Below are positions 1-8,263 of a stretch of 32,000 bases of DNA, in pieces; positions within the stretch are counted from its first letter, which is position 1, and the number at the start of each line of letters is the position of its first letter. Source of the DNA: Delftia acidovorans NBRC 14950. Its GTDB lineage: Bacteria > Pseudomonadota > Gammaproteobacteria > Burkholderiales > Burkholderiaceae_C. The notes under the pieces are model-generated. The model saw nothing but the letters and a program-made list of their open reading frames with translations. It made no database searches and was not told where the DNA came from. The DNA is taken from the NCBI RefSeq assembly GCF_001598795.1, contig NZ_BCZP01000011.1:198868-230867 (forward strand), written 5' to 3'. Position numbers and translations under genes: made by a program.

Positions 1-850
1 GCGTCTTGAGCGCGCCGTGGGCGTGGACCAGGCCGTCGCACGAGGCCAGGGCCTCGAACTTGCTGGGCGCCGTCACGAACGGGTAGCCGGTGAGCTGGGA
101 CAGCTCGGCCGCCACGCCCTCGGCATAGCCCTTGGGCGCATTCAGGCCCGTGCCCACGGCCGTGCCGCCCAGCGCCAGCTCGTACAGGTGCGGCAGCGCG
201 GCGCGCACATGCTTTTCGCCATGGGCCAGCTGGGCTACCCAGCCCGAGATTTCCTGGCCCAGCGTCAGCGGCGTGGCGTCCTGCAGATGGGTGCGGCCGA
301 TCTTGACGATGTCGGCATAGGCCTCGCTCTTGGCCTGCAGCGTATTGCGCAGCAGGGCAATGGCGGGCAGCAGCTTTTGCTCGATGGCCGTGACGGCAGC
401 CACGTGCATGGCCGTCGGAAACACGTCGTTGCTCGACTGGCTCTTGTTCACATCGTCATTGGGGTGGACCAGGCGCGACTCGCCGCGCTCGCCACCGAGG
501 ATTTCGCTGGCGCGGTTGGCCAGCACCTCGTTGACGTTCATGTTGGTCTGCGTGCCCGAGCCGGTCTGCCAGACCACCAGCGGGAACTCGTCCGGGTGCT
601 TGCCGGCGATCACCTCGTCGGCGGCGGCCAGGATGGCCTGGGTCTTCTTCTCGTCCAGCAGGCCCAGCTTGTGGTTGACGGTGGCCGAGGCCTTCTTGAC
701 CTGGGCCAGCGCGTGGATGATCTCGCGCGGCTGCTGCTCTCCGCTGATGTCGAAGTTCTGCAGCGAACGCTGCGTCTGCGCACCCCAGAGCTTGTCTGCG
801 GGGACGGCTATGGGTCCGAAAGTGTCTTTTTCCTGGCGGGTCGCGGTCAT
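1..850 (-). CDS. fumC: class II fumarate hydratase, N-terminal ~283 codons (3' end runs off the window start)
   Basis: Reverse-strand translation from ATG at 850..848 reads [33 protein letters not shown]...[21 protein letters not shown]...[15 protein letters not shown]...[18 protein letters not shown]. These are the conserved aspartase/fumarase-family blocks of FumC. It is absent from the ORF track because it has no in-window stop. The 17..985 + ORF is its antisense shadow. Confidence 0.93.
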   Translation of the reverse strand, partial: MTATRQEKDTFGPIAVPADKLWGAQTQRSLQNFDISGEQQPREIIHALAQVKKASATVNHKLGLLDEKKTQAILAAADEVIAGKHPDEFPLVVWQTGSGTQTNMNVNEVLANRASEILGGERGESRLVHPNDDVNKSQSSNDVFPTAMHVAAVTAIEQKLLPAIALLRNTLQAKSEAYADIVKIGRTHLQDATPLTLGQEISGWVAQLAHGEKHVRAALPHLYELALGGTAVGTGLNAPKGYAEGVAAELSQLTGYPFVTAPSKFEALASCDGLVHAHGALKT

Positions 851-1056
851 TGGTATGGACTCCTTGGTGAAAACAACGCGGCGCAGTTGGCTGGAGGCAG
901 GTCGGCGGGCCGCGCAGGACGTGGCTCGGGGATATCTGGCTGGCAGGGCCGCAATGGCAAAAACCCGCTCATGGTAACTCCGTAAATGGGAACCTCTCGC
1001 ATCCGTCCCCCACTGAGGTGTCGCCGAGGCGGGCTTGTCCAGGCAAACCCCTTGAC

Positions 1057-1068
1057 TCTTGTACAAGA
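1057..1068. promoter_or_regulatory. perfect 12-bp palindrome TCTTGTACAAGA in the divergent fumC / class I fumarase intergenic region (candidate operator)
   Basis: Read directly from the sequence. It abuts a TTGACT hexamer at 1052..1057, and a GATAAT -10-like hexamer lies at 1106..1111. No regulator can be assigned from sequence alone. Confidence 0.3.
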
Positions 1069-1163
1069 CTGCGCCCATTGCGTGCACTTTTCCCCCTGCA
1101 GCGCCGATAATCGCCCCCGGGATTCCCCTCCCCTGTTCCCCCGATCAAAAAGACACCCCACCG

Positions 1164-2717
1164 ATGACCACCACGATCCGCCAGCAGGACCTGATCGATT
1201 CGATCGCAGGCGCCCTGCAGTACATCAGCTACTACCACCCCGCCGACTACATCGCCCACCTGGCCCGCGCCTACGAACGCGAGCAGAGCCCGGCGGCCAA
1301 GGACGCGATGGCCCAGATCCTGACCAACTCCAAGATGTCGGCCACCGGCCACCGCCCGATCTGCCAGGACACCGGCATCGTCAACGTGTTCCTGAAGGTG
1401 GGCATGGACGTGCGCTGGGAAGGCTTCACGGGCGGCCTGGAAGACGCCATCAACGAAGGCGTACGCCGCGGCTACAACCACCCCGAGAACACGCTGCGTG
1501 CCTCGGTCGTCGCCGATCCGCTGTTCGCGCGCAAGAACACCAAGGACAACACGCCTGCCGTCATCAACGTGCAGATCGTGCCCGGCGACAAGCTGGACGT
1601 GACCGTGGCCGCCAAGGGCGGCGGCTCGGAGAACAAGTCCAAGATGATCATGATGAACCCCAGCGACAACCTGGTGGACTGGGTGCTCAAGACCGTTCCG
1701 ACCATGGGCGCGGGCTGGTGCCCGCCGGGCATGCTGGGCATCGGCATCGGCGGCACCGCCGAGAAGGCCGTGCTGCTGGCCAAGGAAAGCCTGATGGAAG
1801 ACCTGGACATGTACGAGCTGCAGGCCAAGGCCGCGCGCGGAGAAAAGCTCGACCAGGTCGAGGAACTGCGCCTGGAGCTGTACGAGAAGGTCAACGCCCT
1901 GGGCATCGGCGCGCAAGGCCTGGGCGGCCTGGCCACCGTGCTGGACATCAAGATCAAGATGTACCCCACGCACGCGGCCTCCAAGCCCGTGGCCATGATC
2001 CCCAACTGCGCGGCCACGCGCCACGCGCACTTCGTGATGGACGGCTCCGGCGCGGTCTACATGGACGCACCCTCGCTGGACCTGTGGCCCAAGATCGACT
2101 GGGAGCCTGACTACAACAAGTCGCGCCGCGTGGACCTCAACGCCCTGACCAAGGAAGAAGTGGCCAGCTGGAAGCCCGGCGACACCCTGCTGCTCAACGG
2201 CAAGATGCTCACGGGCCGCGATGCCGCCCACAAGCGCATCCAGGACATGCTGGCCAAGGGCGAGAAGCTGCCCGTGGACTTCACCAACCGCGTGATCTAC
2301 TACGTCGGCCCGGTGGACCCGGTCAAGGACGAAGCCGTGGGCCCCGCAGGCCCGACCACGGCCACCCGCATGGACAAGTTCACCGACATGATGCTGGAGC
2401 AGACCGGCCTGATCGCCATGATCGGCAAGGCCGAGCGCGGCCCGGTGGCCATCGAGTCCATCAAGAACCACAAGTCGGCCTACCTGATGGCCGTGGGCGG
2501 CGCCGCCTACCTGGTGTCCAAGGCCATCAAGAACGCCAAGGTCGTGGGCTTCGAGGACCTGGGCATGGAAGCCATCTACGAATTCGACGTGGTGGACATG
2601 CCCGTGACCGTGGCCGTGGATGCCGGCGGCACCAGCGCCCACATCACAGGCCCTGCCGAATGGCAAAAGCGCATTGCATCCGGCGAGTTCAAGACCATTG
2701 AGATCGCTTCGGCCTGA
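1164..2717 (+). CDS. class I (Fe-S dependent) fumarate hydratase, single-chain ~517 aa
   Basis: The track ORF is 1059..2717. I place the start at ATG 1164 (MTTTIRQQDLIDSIAGALQYISYYHP...). It contains class I fumarase/tartrate-dehydratase-type blocks GHRPICQDTGIVNVFLKVG, AAKGGGSENKSK and PPGMLGIGIGGTAEKA. It also has the C-terminal beta-domain blocks LNGKMLTGRDAAHKRI and IYYVGPVDP...GPTTATRMD. Confidence 0.9.
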   Translation: MTTTIRQQDLIDSIAGALQYISYYHPADYIAHLARAYEREQSPAAKDAMAQILTNSKMSATGHRPICQDTGIVNVFLKVGMDVRWEGFTGGLEDAINEGVRRGYNHPENTLRASVVADPLFARKNTKDNTPAVINVQIVPGDKLDVTVAAKGGGSENKSKMIMMNPSDNLVDWVLKTVPTMGAGWCPPGMLGIGIGGTAEKAVLLAKESLMEDLDMYELQAKAARGEKLDQVEELRLELYEKVNALGIGAQGLGGLATVLDIKIKMYPTHAASKPVAMIPNCAATRHAHFVMDGSGAVYMDAPSLDLWPKIDWEPDYNKSRRVDLNALTKEEVASWKPGDTLLLNGKMLTGRDAAHKRIQDMLAKGEKLPVDFTNRVIYYVGPVDPVKDEAVGPAGPTTATRMDKFTDMMLEQTGLIAMIGKAERGPVAIESIKNHKSAYLMAVGGAAYLVSKAIKNAKVVGFEDLGMEAIYEFDVVDMPVTVAVDAGGTSAHITGPAEWQKRIASGEFKTIEIASA

Positions 2718-2738
2718 AGCCGGCACCAAGCGCAAAGG

Positions 2739-2761
2739 GACCGCCTTCGGGCGGTCTTTTC
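2739..2761 (+). terminator. rho-independent terminator after the class I fumarase gene
   Basis: GACCGCC-TTCG-GGCGGTC stem-loop followed by TTTTC, 22 nt after the stop codon. Confidence 0.75.
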
Positions 2762-2817
2762 ATTGGTGCGGGCATTTGTGACAGACTGCCCGCTGCCTGC
2801 AACACAGCCCATTCAAC

Positions 2818-3450
2818 ATGACCATCGCGCTCGTCCTCATCGCCCTGCTGGCCGTGACCAGCCTGGCCTGGCGCCTGTCCTCCCGCCGCCATGTCCTGCC
2901 CTGCCCGTCCTGGCTGCGCTGGATGGTCGAGCTTGACAACCCCTTCGCGGCCAGCAACAAGGCCGCCTTCATCGTCGGGCAACTGCAGATCCAGCCGGGC
3001 ATGAAGGTGCTGGACGCGGGCTGCGGCCCGGGCCGCGTCACCCTGCCATTGGCGCGTGCCGTTGGCCCGCAGGGACAGGTGCTGGCCGTGGACCTGCAGC
3101 CGGCCATGCTTGAACAGGTGGCGGCCAAGGCGCGCGCCCAGGGGCTGGAGAATGTGCGCACCCAGGCGGCTGCGCTGGGCCAGGGGCAGCTTGAAGCACA
3201 GCAGCACGACCGCGCCGTGATGGCCGCCGTGCTGGGAGAGATTCCGGACCGCCAGGCCGCGCTGGCCGATATCTTCCAGAGCCTGCGCCCCGGCGGCCTG
3301 CTGGCCGTGGCCGAGCTGGTCTTCGACCCGCATTTCCAGCGCCGCACCAGCGTGGAAAAGCTGGCAGGTGAGGCAGGCTTCATCCCCCACTCCTTCCACG
3401 GCCATGCAGCCGCGTATCTGCTGGTACTGCAGCGCCCTCTCCAACCATGA
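2818..3450 (+). CDS. class I SAM-dependent methyltransferase with N-terminal hydrophobic helix
   Basis: 210-aa ORF. SAM-binding motif I is VLDAGCGPGRVTLPLA, and the post-I acidic residue context is VLAVDLQ. The N-terminus MTIALVLIALLAVTSLAW is a probable membrane anchor. Confidence 0.8.
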   Translation: MTIALVLIALLAVTSLAWRLSSRRHVLPCPSWLRWMVELDNPFAASNKAAFIVGQLQIQPGMKVLDAGCGPGRVTLPLARAVGPQGQVLAVDLQPAMLEQVAAKARAQGLENVRTQAAALGQGQLEAQQHDRAVMAAVLGEIPDRQAALADIFQSLRPGGLLAVAELVFDPHFQRRTSVEKLAGEAGFIPHSFHGHAAAYLLVLQRPLQP

Positions 3451-4034
3451 CCACCACACATTCCCCTGTAGCGACCCTGCGGACACCGCGCCTGGTACTG
3501 CGCCAGTGGCAGGCTGGCGACCGACAGCCCTTTGCCGCGCTGAATGCCGACCCACAGGTCATGGAGCACTTTCCGGCACTGCTCAGCCGTGAACAAAGCG
3601 ATGCCATGGCAGACAGGATCCAGGCACTGATCGAGGAACGCGGCTGGGGCTTCTGGGCGGCAGAGCACCTTGCCAGCGGCGAGTTCATGGGCTTCATCGG
3701 GCTGCATACTCCCGCCGCGTCTTTGCCGTTCTCGCCCTGCGTGGAAATCGGCTGGCGGCTCGCCCGGCCTTTCTGGGGCCAGGGCCTGGCCAGCGAAGGT
3801 GCACGGGCGGCGCTGGAGCACGGCTTCGGCGCGTTGCATCTGGAGTCCATCGTCTCGTTCACCGCGCTGTCCAACCTGCGTTCGCAAGCGGTGATGCAGC
3901 GCCTGGGCATGGAGCGCGACGCCCATGACTTCGACCATCCGCAGGTGCCGGCAGGCCATGCGCTGCGCAGGCATTGCCTGTATCGCCTGACACATGCCCG
4001 ATGGCTGCAGCAGCAAGCCATGGCCCAAGCATGA
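3447..4034 (+). CDS. GNAT family N-acetyltransferase (RimJ/RimL-like)
   Basis: 195-aa ORF. The start overlaps the upstream stop (ATGA at 3447..3450). It shows the typical Acetyltransf_3 pattern: LRTPRLVLRQWQAGD...FAALNADPQVMEHF...IGWRLARPFWGQGLASEGARAAL...AVMQRLGM. Confidence 0.8.
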   Translation: MTTTHSPVATLRTPRLVLRQWQAGDRQPFAALNADPQVMEHFPALLSREQSDAMADRIQALIEERGWGFWAAEHLASGEFMGFIGLHTPAASLPFSPCVEIGWRLARPFWGQGLASEGARAALEHGFGALHLESIVSFTALSNLRSQAVMQRLGMERDAHDFDHPQVPAGHALRRHCLYRLTHARWLQQQAMAQA

Positions 4035-4092
4035 ACGCGCCCGAGCGGGCATACTGGGCGCCGCCTCCAAAAGCCTTTATCCGCATCTCCAC

Positions 4093-4983
4093 ATGACCTC
4101 CCCGGCCTCTCCCATCGGCGTCTTCGACAGCGGCATCGGCGGCCTCAGCGTGCTGCAGGCGCTGCGCCATGAACTGCCGCATGAGCGCTTCGTCTACCTG
4201 GCCGACAGCGGCAATGCACCCTATGGCGATGCGCGTGGCGATGCCTTCGTTCAGCAGCGCACGCGCACCATTGCGCGCCATCTGCGCGAGCAGCACCAGA
4301 TCAAGGTGCTGGTGATCGCCTGCAACACAGCCACGGCAGCGGCCGTGGACATGCTGCGCGCCGAAATGCCCGAACTGCCCCTGATCGGCGTGGAGCCCGC
4401 CATCAAGCCCGCTTCGCTGTCGAGCCAGACCGGCCATGTGGGCGTGATGGCCACACGCGGCACGGTGAGCAGCGCACGCTTTGCACGCCTGGTGGCCGAC
4501 CATGGCCAGCGCGTGCAATTCCATGTCCAGCCCTGCGACGGACTGGCCAAGGCCATCGAGGAAAGCACGGAGCAACCCGTTCCCGCCGACCCCATGGCCA
4601 CCGAGGTCGCGCAACTGTGCGCCAGGTACGTGAATGCCCTGGGCAGCTTCGGACAAAAGACGGGTGAGATGGATTCCCTGGTGCTGGGCTGCACCCACTA
4701 CATATTCGCCCGCGAGCAGTTGCGCACGCTGCTGGGGCCGGACATCCAGTTCATCGACACAGGTGCCCCGGTAGCCCGCCAGACGCGGCGCGTGCTGGAT
4801 CGCCTGGGCACCCTGGCCAGCGAATCAGGACCCTTGCCCGCGGCAGAGGGCCAGGTCCAGTTGATGACCACGGGATCGCTGCAGGCCCTGCAGTCCGCCG
4901 CATCGCGCTGGCTGGAGCTGCCCGCGCAATGCTGCTCGTCCGTTCAGGTCGGCGAATCCAGCGCTGTCCCCACGGCCGCTTGA
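4093..4983 (+). CDS. murI: glutamate racemase
   Basis: The track ORF is 3994..4983. I place the start at ATG 4093 (MTSPASPIGVFDSGIGGLSVL). Both catalytic-Cys blocks are present (VIACNTATAAAV and LVLGCTHY), plus YLADSGNAPYG. Confidence 0.9.
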   Translation: MTSPASPIGVFDSGIGGLSVLQALRHELPHERFVYLADSGNAPYGDARGDAFVQQRTRTIARHLREQHQIKVLVIACNTATAAAVDMLRAEMPELPLIGVEPAIKPASLSSQTGHVGVMATRGTVSSARFARLVADHGQRVQFHVQPCDGLAKAIEESTEQPVPADPMATEVAQLCARYVNALGSFGQKTGEMDSLVLGCTHYIFAREQLRTLLGPDIQFIDTGAPVARQTRRVLDRLGTLASESGPLPAAEGQVQLMTTGSLQALQSAASRWLELPAQCCSSVQVGESSAVPTAA

Positions 4984-4984
4984 A

Positions 4985-5596
4985 TCAGGGCTGCGCCAGC
5001 CACAGGCGCCGGCCCGAGTGGTCCATCCAGCTCAGGTACAGGCGCAGCTCGAACTCCAGCTGGTGGTAGTCGGGCTCCATGTGGGTGCACAGCTGGTAGA
5101 AGGCCTTGTCGTGGTCGGGCTCGCGCAGATGGGCCAGCTCGTGGACGACGATCATGCGCAAGAAAGCCTCGGGCGCCTGCTTGAACAGTGCGCCGATGCG
5201 GATCTCATGCCGTGCATTGAGGCGGCTTCCCTGCACCACGGTGCGGCGCGTGTGCAGGCCCAGGGCGTTGTGGACCACATGGATGCGGCCGTCGTAGGCC
5301 ACCTTGTTCAGCGTGCCGGCATTGCGCATGTGCCGGCCCTTGAGGGCATCCACGTAGTCATAGAGGCTCTTGTCCGTGCGCACGGCATGGGCCTCGGGAT
5401 GCTTGCGCAGCAGCCAGGCCTCGGCCTTGTCATCGGCCAGCCAGCCACGCACCTGTAACTGCAGCGCGGCGGGGTAGGCGGACAGGTAGGGAAGCGGCAG
5501 CGCGCCACCGGCCACCTCGCGCCGCTGCTCGCGCTGGCGGCGCACGGTCTCGGTGACTGCTCCGGAATACTTGGGCGTGCTGGCCTGTGCCGCCAT
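4985..5596 (-). CDS. YgjP-like / DUF45 (M48-type) zinc metallopeptidase-fold protein
   Basis: The C-terminal part of track ORF 4985..6001 is protein-like from ATG 5596 (MAAQASTPKYSG...), giving 203 aa. It carries the HExxH-type motif VVHELAHLREPDHDKAFY. The Arg/Gly-rich N-terminal extension in the track looks like non-coding read-through. Confidence 0.7.
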   Translation of the reverse strand: MAAQASTPKYSGAVTETVRRQREQRREVAGGALPLPYLSAYPAALQLQVRGWLADDKAEAWLLRKHPEAHAVRTDKSLYDYVDALKGRHMRNAGTLNKVAYDGRIHVVHNALGLHTRRTVVQGSRLNARHEIRIGALFKQAPEAFLRMIVVHELAHLREPDHDKAFYQLCTHMEPDYHQLEFELRLYLSWMDHSGRRLWLAQP

Positions 5597-5628
5597 GGCT
5601 GTACGCTGCGCGGGGCAGCGCCTTGCGC

Positions 5629-6255
5629 TCAATGCAGGTGGCGTGGGCGGCGGTTGCCGCCGTGGCCCGAACCCGATCCACCCATGCCGCGCGGCGGCTT
5701 GCCGATCTCCAGCGAGCTGACCAGGGCGTCGAAGCGCTGGGAGAACAGCTTGTCGATCTCCTGCACCACGCCACCCAGCTCGGAGCCGTCGAAATGGCGC
5801 TCCATCAGGTTGACCACGTCCTGCACCAGCAGATCGCGCTGCACCTGCATGATGGCCGCGGGCGTCGGACCAACGAAGAGCATGACGAAGTCGTCGCGCG
5901 ACTCGGCCTCTTCGGACTCTTCTTCCTCGTCGAACTCGGTGTCGTAGAAGGTCACCTCGATGGCCGCGCCCTGCTCGGCCAGCTCGTTGATGCCCATGCA
6001 CATGTCGTCCAGCGACTGGCGGAAATCCTCGTCACCACGCACGGTCCAGCACACCTGGAGCAGGCGCTCCTTGGTATCGAACTGGATGCCTGGCTCTTCC
6101 TCATAGACGCTGCCAGCGCCATCGGCCAGGGAACGGGCCCCCGCATACTTCCACAGCGGACCCAGCGCTTCCTGCAACTGCTCGTAGGTCGTGTCGGGGC
6201 GCAGCAGCACTTGGCCGTGCACGTGGATTTCAAATGGAGCGTTGTAATTCGACAT
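5629..6255 (-). CDS. conserved hypothetical protein with central acidic tract and Gly-rich basic tail
   Basis: The track ORF is 5629..6426. The plausible start is ATG 6255 (MSNYNAPFEIHVHGQ...), giving 208 aa. It contains the acidic run DTEFDEEEESEEAESRDD and the C-terminus GGSGSGHGGNRRPRHLH. It lies 33 nt upstream of, and co-directional with, the DUF45 gene. I recognise no family by eye. Confidence 0.6.
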   Translation of the reverse strand: MSNYNAPFEIHVHGQVLLRPDTTYEQLQEALGPLWKYAGARSLADGAGSVYEEEPGIQFDTKERLLQVCWTVRGDEDFRQSLDDMCMGINELAEQGAAIEVTFYDTEFDEEEESEEAESRDDFVMLFVGPTPAAIMQVQRDLLVQDVVNLMERHFDGSELGGVVQEIDKLFSQRFDALVSSLEIGKPPRGMGGSGSGHGGNRRPRHLH

Positions 6256-6584
6256 GTTCTCGTCTGGGATGAGTTTGGCCACACCTGTCACGCCGCACCA
6301 TGTGCCACGATCAACGTCAACGGAACGCATGCAGGCATCGCCATCACTGTCTGCCCGAGCCGCGCCATCCAGGCAAGCAGCCCGGGGCCTGATGAATGGA
6401 TTCTCGCACGTTATGCCAACGGGCAAGGACTTGGCAACGCATGGACACCGTGCAGCGCAGCAAGCGGGCAGGACCGTCGATGCACATTGCGGCCCGACGC
6501 CTGAATTTGCGGAACAGCAGGCGCCTTGGCTGCTTCAATCCGCTACCGTATAGATAGCAACAATGCTTAGTACGTATTGGGTTG

Positions 6585-6675
6585 TGGTGCCCCGAGCCGG
6601 GATCGAACCGGCACGCCCCTGTTCGGAAGCGGCGGATTTTAAGTCCGCAGTGTCTACCAATTTCACCATCGGGGC
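6585..6675 (-). tRNA. tRNA-Leu (anticodon UAA), long variable arm, CCA encoded
   Basis: The reverse complement is GCCCCGATGGTGAAATTGGTAGACACTGCGGACTTAAAATCCGC...GGTTCGATCCCGGCTCGGGGCACCA. It has a 7-bp acceptor stem GCCCCGA/TCGGGGC, anticodon loop CTTAAAA, and a T-arm GGTTCGATCC. Confidence 0.93.
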
Positions 6676-6737
6676 CCTGCACCGCAGCGTCACAGGTCAG
6701 CGCGAACTGCTCACACCTGCAACTGCAGCACCAACGA

Positions 6738-6768
6738 AAAAGGGAAGCGTTACCGCTTCCCTTTTTTC
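6738..6768. terminator. bidirectional rho-independent terminator between tRNA-Gly and tRNA-Leu
   Basis: AAAAA-GGGAAGCG-TTAC-CGCTTCCC-TTTTTT: an 8-bp GC-rich stem flanked by an A-run and a T-run, 6 nt downstream of the tRNA-Gly 3' end on the minus strand. Confidence 0.75.
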
Positions 6769-6773
6769 TGAAT

Positions 6774-6849
6774 TGGAGCGGGAAAACGGGTTCGAACCGT
6801 CGACCTCAACCTTGGCAAGGTTGCGCTCTACCAACTGAGCTATTCCCGC
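6774..6849 (-). tRNA. tRNA-Gly (anticodon GCC), copy 1 of 4, CCA encoded
   Basis: The reverse complement is GCGGGAATAGCTCAGTTGGTAGAGCGCAACCTTGCCAAGGTTGAGGTCGACGGTTCGAACCCGTTTTCCCGCTCCA. The anticodon loop is TTGCCAA. It is identical in sequence to the three copies at 8264, 8399 and 8542. Confidence 0.95.
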
Positions 6850-6854
6850 GTATC

Positions 6855-6893
6855 TGTAAAGCTGTGCGCTTTACAGAGCAGACTTGAATTCTA
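6855..6893 (-). promoter_or_regulatory. possible promoter (-10 TAGAAT at 6888..6893) and 9-bp leader hairpin ahead of tRNA-Gly copy 1
   Basis: The minus strand reads ...GCGCTAGAATTCAAGTCTGCT-CTGTAAAGC-GCACA-GCTTTACAG-ATAC-tRNA. A similar TAGAAT hexamer precedes the three-copy Gly array (8637..8642). The -35 elements are weak. Confidence 0.3.
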
Positions 6894-6925
6894 GCGCAGA
6901 TTTTTGGTGCTTCGGAAGAAGCCCG

Positions 6926-6949
6926 TAAAAAATCTGCACCAAGGCAGAT
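6926..6949 (-). terminator. rho-independent terminator after loiP
   Basis: The minus strand reads ATCTGC-CTTGGT-GCAGAT followed by TTTTTT. It is preceded by a second 9-bp hairpin, CAGCCTGCC...GGCAGGCTG (6952..6983). Confidence 0.65.
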
Positions 6950-6998
6950 CACAGCCTGCCTTGCACCTTGCGGCGGCAGGCTGCTTCACCGTCGAAGC

Positions 6999-7763
6999 CT
7001 ACTTGCCGTCGATGCGATCCTGCATGCGCTTGGCCCGCTGTTCGGACGGCGGATGGGAGCTCAGGATGGAGCTGCCGCCGCTGCCGGCGCTGAGCTTGGC
7101 CAGCTTCTGGAACGATGTGACCAGTCCCTGGCGGCTCATCTTCTTTTCCGTGAGCAGATCGAAGGAGTAGTCATCAGCCGCCGATTCCTGCGACTGCGAG
7201 AACTGGGCATTGATGAACTTTTCACCCAGATCACCCGCCTGCGAACGCGACAGCGAGGCCAGCGCCGAATTGCCGCTATTGGCCGCAATAGAGCGTGCAG
7301 CCGAAGCCGCATAGGCCGTCTGCATGCGCTTCTTGCTGTGACCCAGTGCCACGTGCCCGATCTCATGACCAATCACGCCACGCAGCTCGTCATCGTTCAT
7401 CAGGTCCATCAGGCCGCTGTAGACACGGATGCAGCCATTGGCCATGGCCCAGGCATTCACGTCCTGCGTCATATAGACCTTGTAGACAGCCTTCTTCCCA
7501 TTGACAGCCTGCGGCATGCCGGCAATCACCTTGTTCAGCCGCAGCGTGTACTTGCTCTTTGCATCTGCCACCTTGTTCTGGGCATCCATGGCTGCACAGG
7601 AATCATTGGACAGCGTGACCACGTCGTCATCCGTGAGCGTCATGGCCTTCATGGCCGTGGAGCCCGAATCCAGCAACCCGCCCACATCGGCAGACTCCAT
7701 GGTTTTACAGCCCGCCAGCACCACGCCCCCGGCAACAATCGCCGTCAATAACTTGATCTTCAT
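6999..7763 (-). CDS. loiP: M48-family outer-membrane lipoprotein metalloprotease LoiP/YggG
   Basis: 254 aa. The lipobox is MKIKLLTAIVAGGVVLAGC. There is strong collinear similarity to E. coli YggG as I recall it: VYKVYMTQDVNAWAMANGCIRVYSGLMDLM, the zinc motif VIGHEIGHVALGH, AQFSQSQESAADDYSFDLL, and SFQKLAKL...HPPSEQRA. Confidence 0.9.
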   Translation of the reverse strand: MKIKLLTAIVAGGVVLAGCKTMESADVGGLLDSGSTAMKAMTLTDDDVVTLSNDSCAAMDAQNKVADAKSKYTLRLNKVIAGMPQAVNGKKAVYKVYMTQDVNAWAMANGCIRVYSGLMDLMNDDELRGVIGHEIGHVALGHSKKRMQTAYAASAARSIAANSGNSALASLSRSQAGDLGEKFINAQFSQSQESAADDYSFDLLTEKKMSRQGLVTSFQKLAKLSAGSGGSSILSSHPPSEQRAKRMQDRIDGK

Positions 7764-7837
7764 AATCCCTCCCGATAAATGAAGCGCGCATCATATCCAC
7801 GACCCGCCAACTCAATCTACCGGCAATGACAACCCAT

Positions 7838-7857
7838 TTGCAATTTCTTGCAATTTC
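7838..7857. repeat. perfect tandem 10-bp repeat TTGCAATTTC x2 in the AT-rich region upstream of loiP
   Basis: Read directly. On the loiP strand it is GAAATTGCAA GAAATTGCAA, 75-95 nt upstream of the start codon. Helical-turn spacing is typical of direct-repeat (OmpR/PhoB-type) response-regulator sites. A TATGAT -10-like hexamer lies at 7790..7795. Confidence 0.6.
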
Positions 7858-8090
7858 TCAATGGATAAGCAATGCCAAATTTCAATGACGGCTGTCCATT
7901 CAAAACAAATGGAAACAATTAAATTCACCAGATCAGCAATGGATGACCAAAACAGGCATGCAGCCATGCTGTCGATGCACAGAGCGTGAAGCACTGCCAC
8001 GGCACTGAATCGAAAGAGAAGAAGATGCGCCAGCCAAGTCGAGGCCGCTGCGGAGACATGGCACCAAGGACGAACACCGATCCGTGATGC

Positions 8091-8121
8091 AGAAAAAGAA
8101 AAAGGCCCCGAGGGGCCTTTT
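8091..8121 (-). terminator. rho-independent terminator after tRNA-Cys (also hairpin-competent on + strand)
   Basis: The minus strand reads CAAAAGGCCCCTCGGGGCCTTTTTCTTTTTCT: a GC stem followed by a long T-rich tail, 26 nt after the tRNA-Cys 3' end. Confidence 0.8.
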
Positions 8122-8146
8122 GAACAATGTGTCTGCAATGAATTTT

Positions 8147-8220
8147 TGGAGGCGCGAACCAGAGTCGAACTGGTCTAACCGGATTTGCAATCCGGGGCAT
8201 AACCGCTTTGCTATCGCGCC
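8147..8220 (-). tRNA. tRNA-Cys (anticodon GCA), CCA encoded
   Basis: The reverse complement is GGCGCGATAGCAAAGCGGTTATGCCCCGGATTGCAAATCCGGTTAGACCAGTTCGACTCTGGTTCGCGCCTCCA. The anticodon stem-loop is CCGGA-TTGCAAA-TCCGG. Confidence 0.93.
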
Positions 8221-8263
8221 AAGATCACTATCAAACATGCAGCATTGCTGCAGTTTTTAAAAC

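Noticed and set aside
17-985. 322-aa plus-strand ORF at the window start
   Set aside because: It is the antisense shadow of fumC. The minus-strand frame gives textbook class II fumarase motifs starting at ATG 850.
4985-6001. Long N-terminal extensions of several track ORFs (4985..6001, 5629..6426, 3994..4983, 1059..2717, 8721..11174, 13370..14755, 17979..19328)
   Set aside because: The extensions are Arg/Pro/Gly-rich, overlap neighbouring genes or intergenic signals, and precede internal ATGs. Those ATGs align with the known N-termini of the families or have Shine-Dalgarno sequences, so I used the shorter starts.
6546-6584. AT-rich stretch abutting the 3' end of tRNA-Leu, as a possible remnant phage or island att site
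   Set aside because: No integrase, direct repeat of the tRNA 3' end, or foreign genes lie next to it. The neighbouring genes look like core genome.
7812-8238. Minus-strand ORFs of 91-108 aa (7812..8138, 7925..8200, 7933..8238) in the AT-rich spacer
   Set aside because: They run through the tRNA-Cys gene and/or its terminator hairpin and have no ribosome-binding site or protein-like composition.
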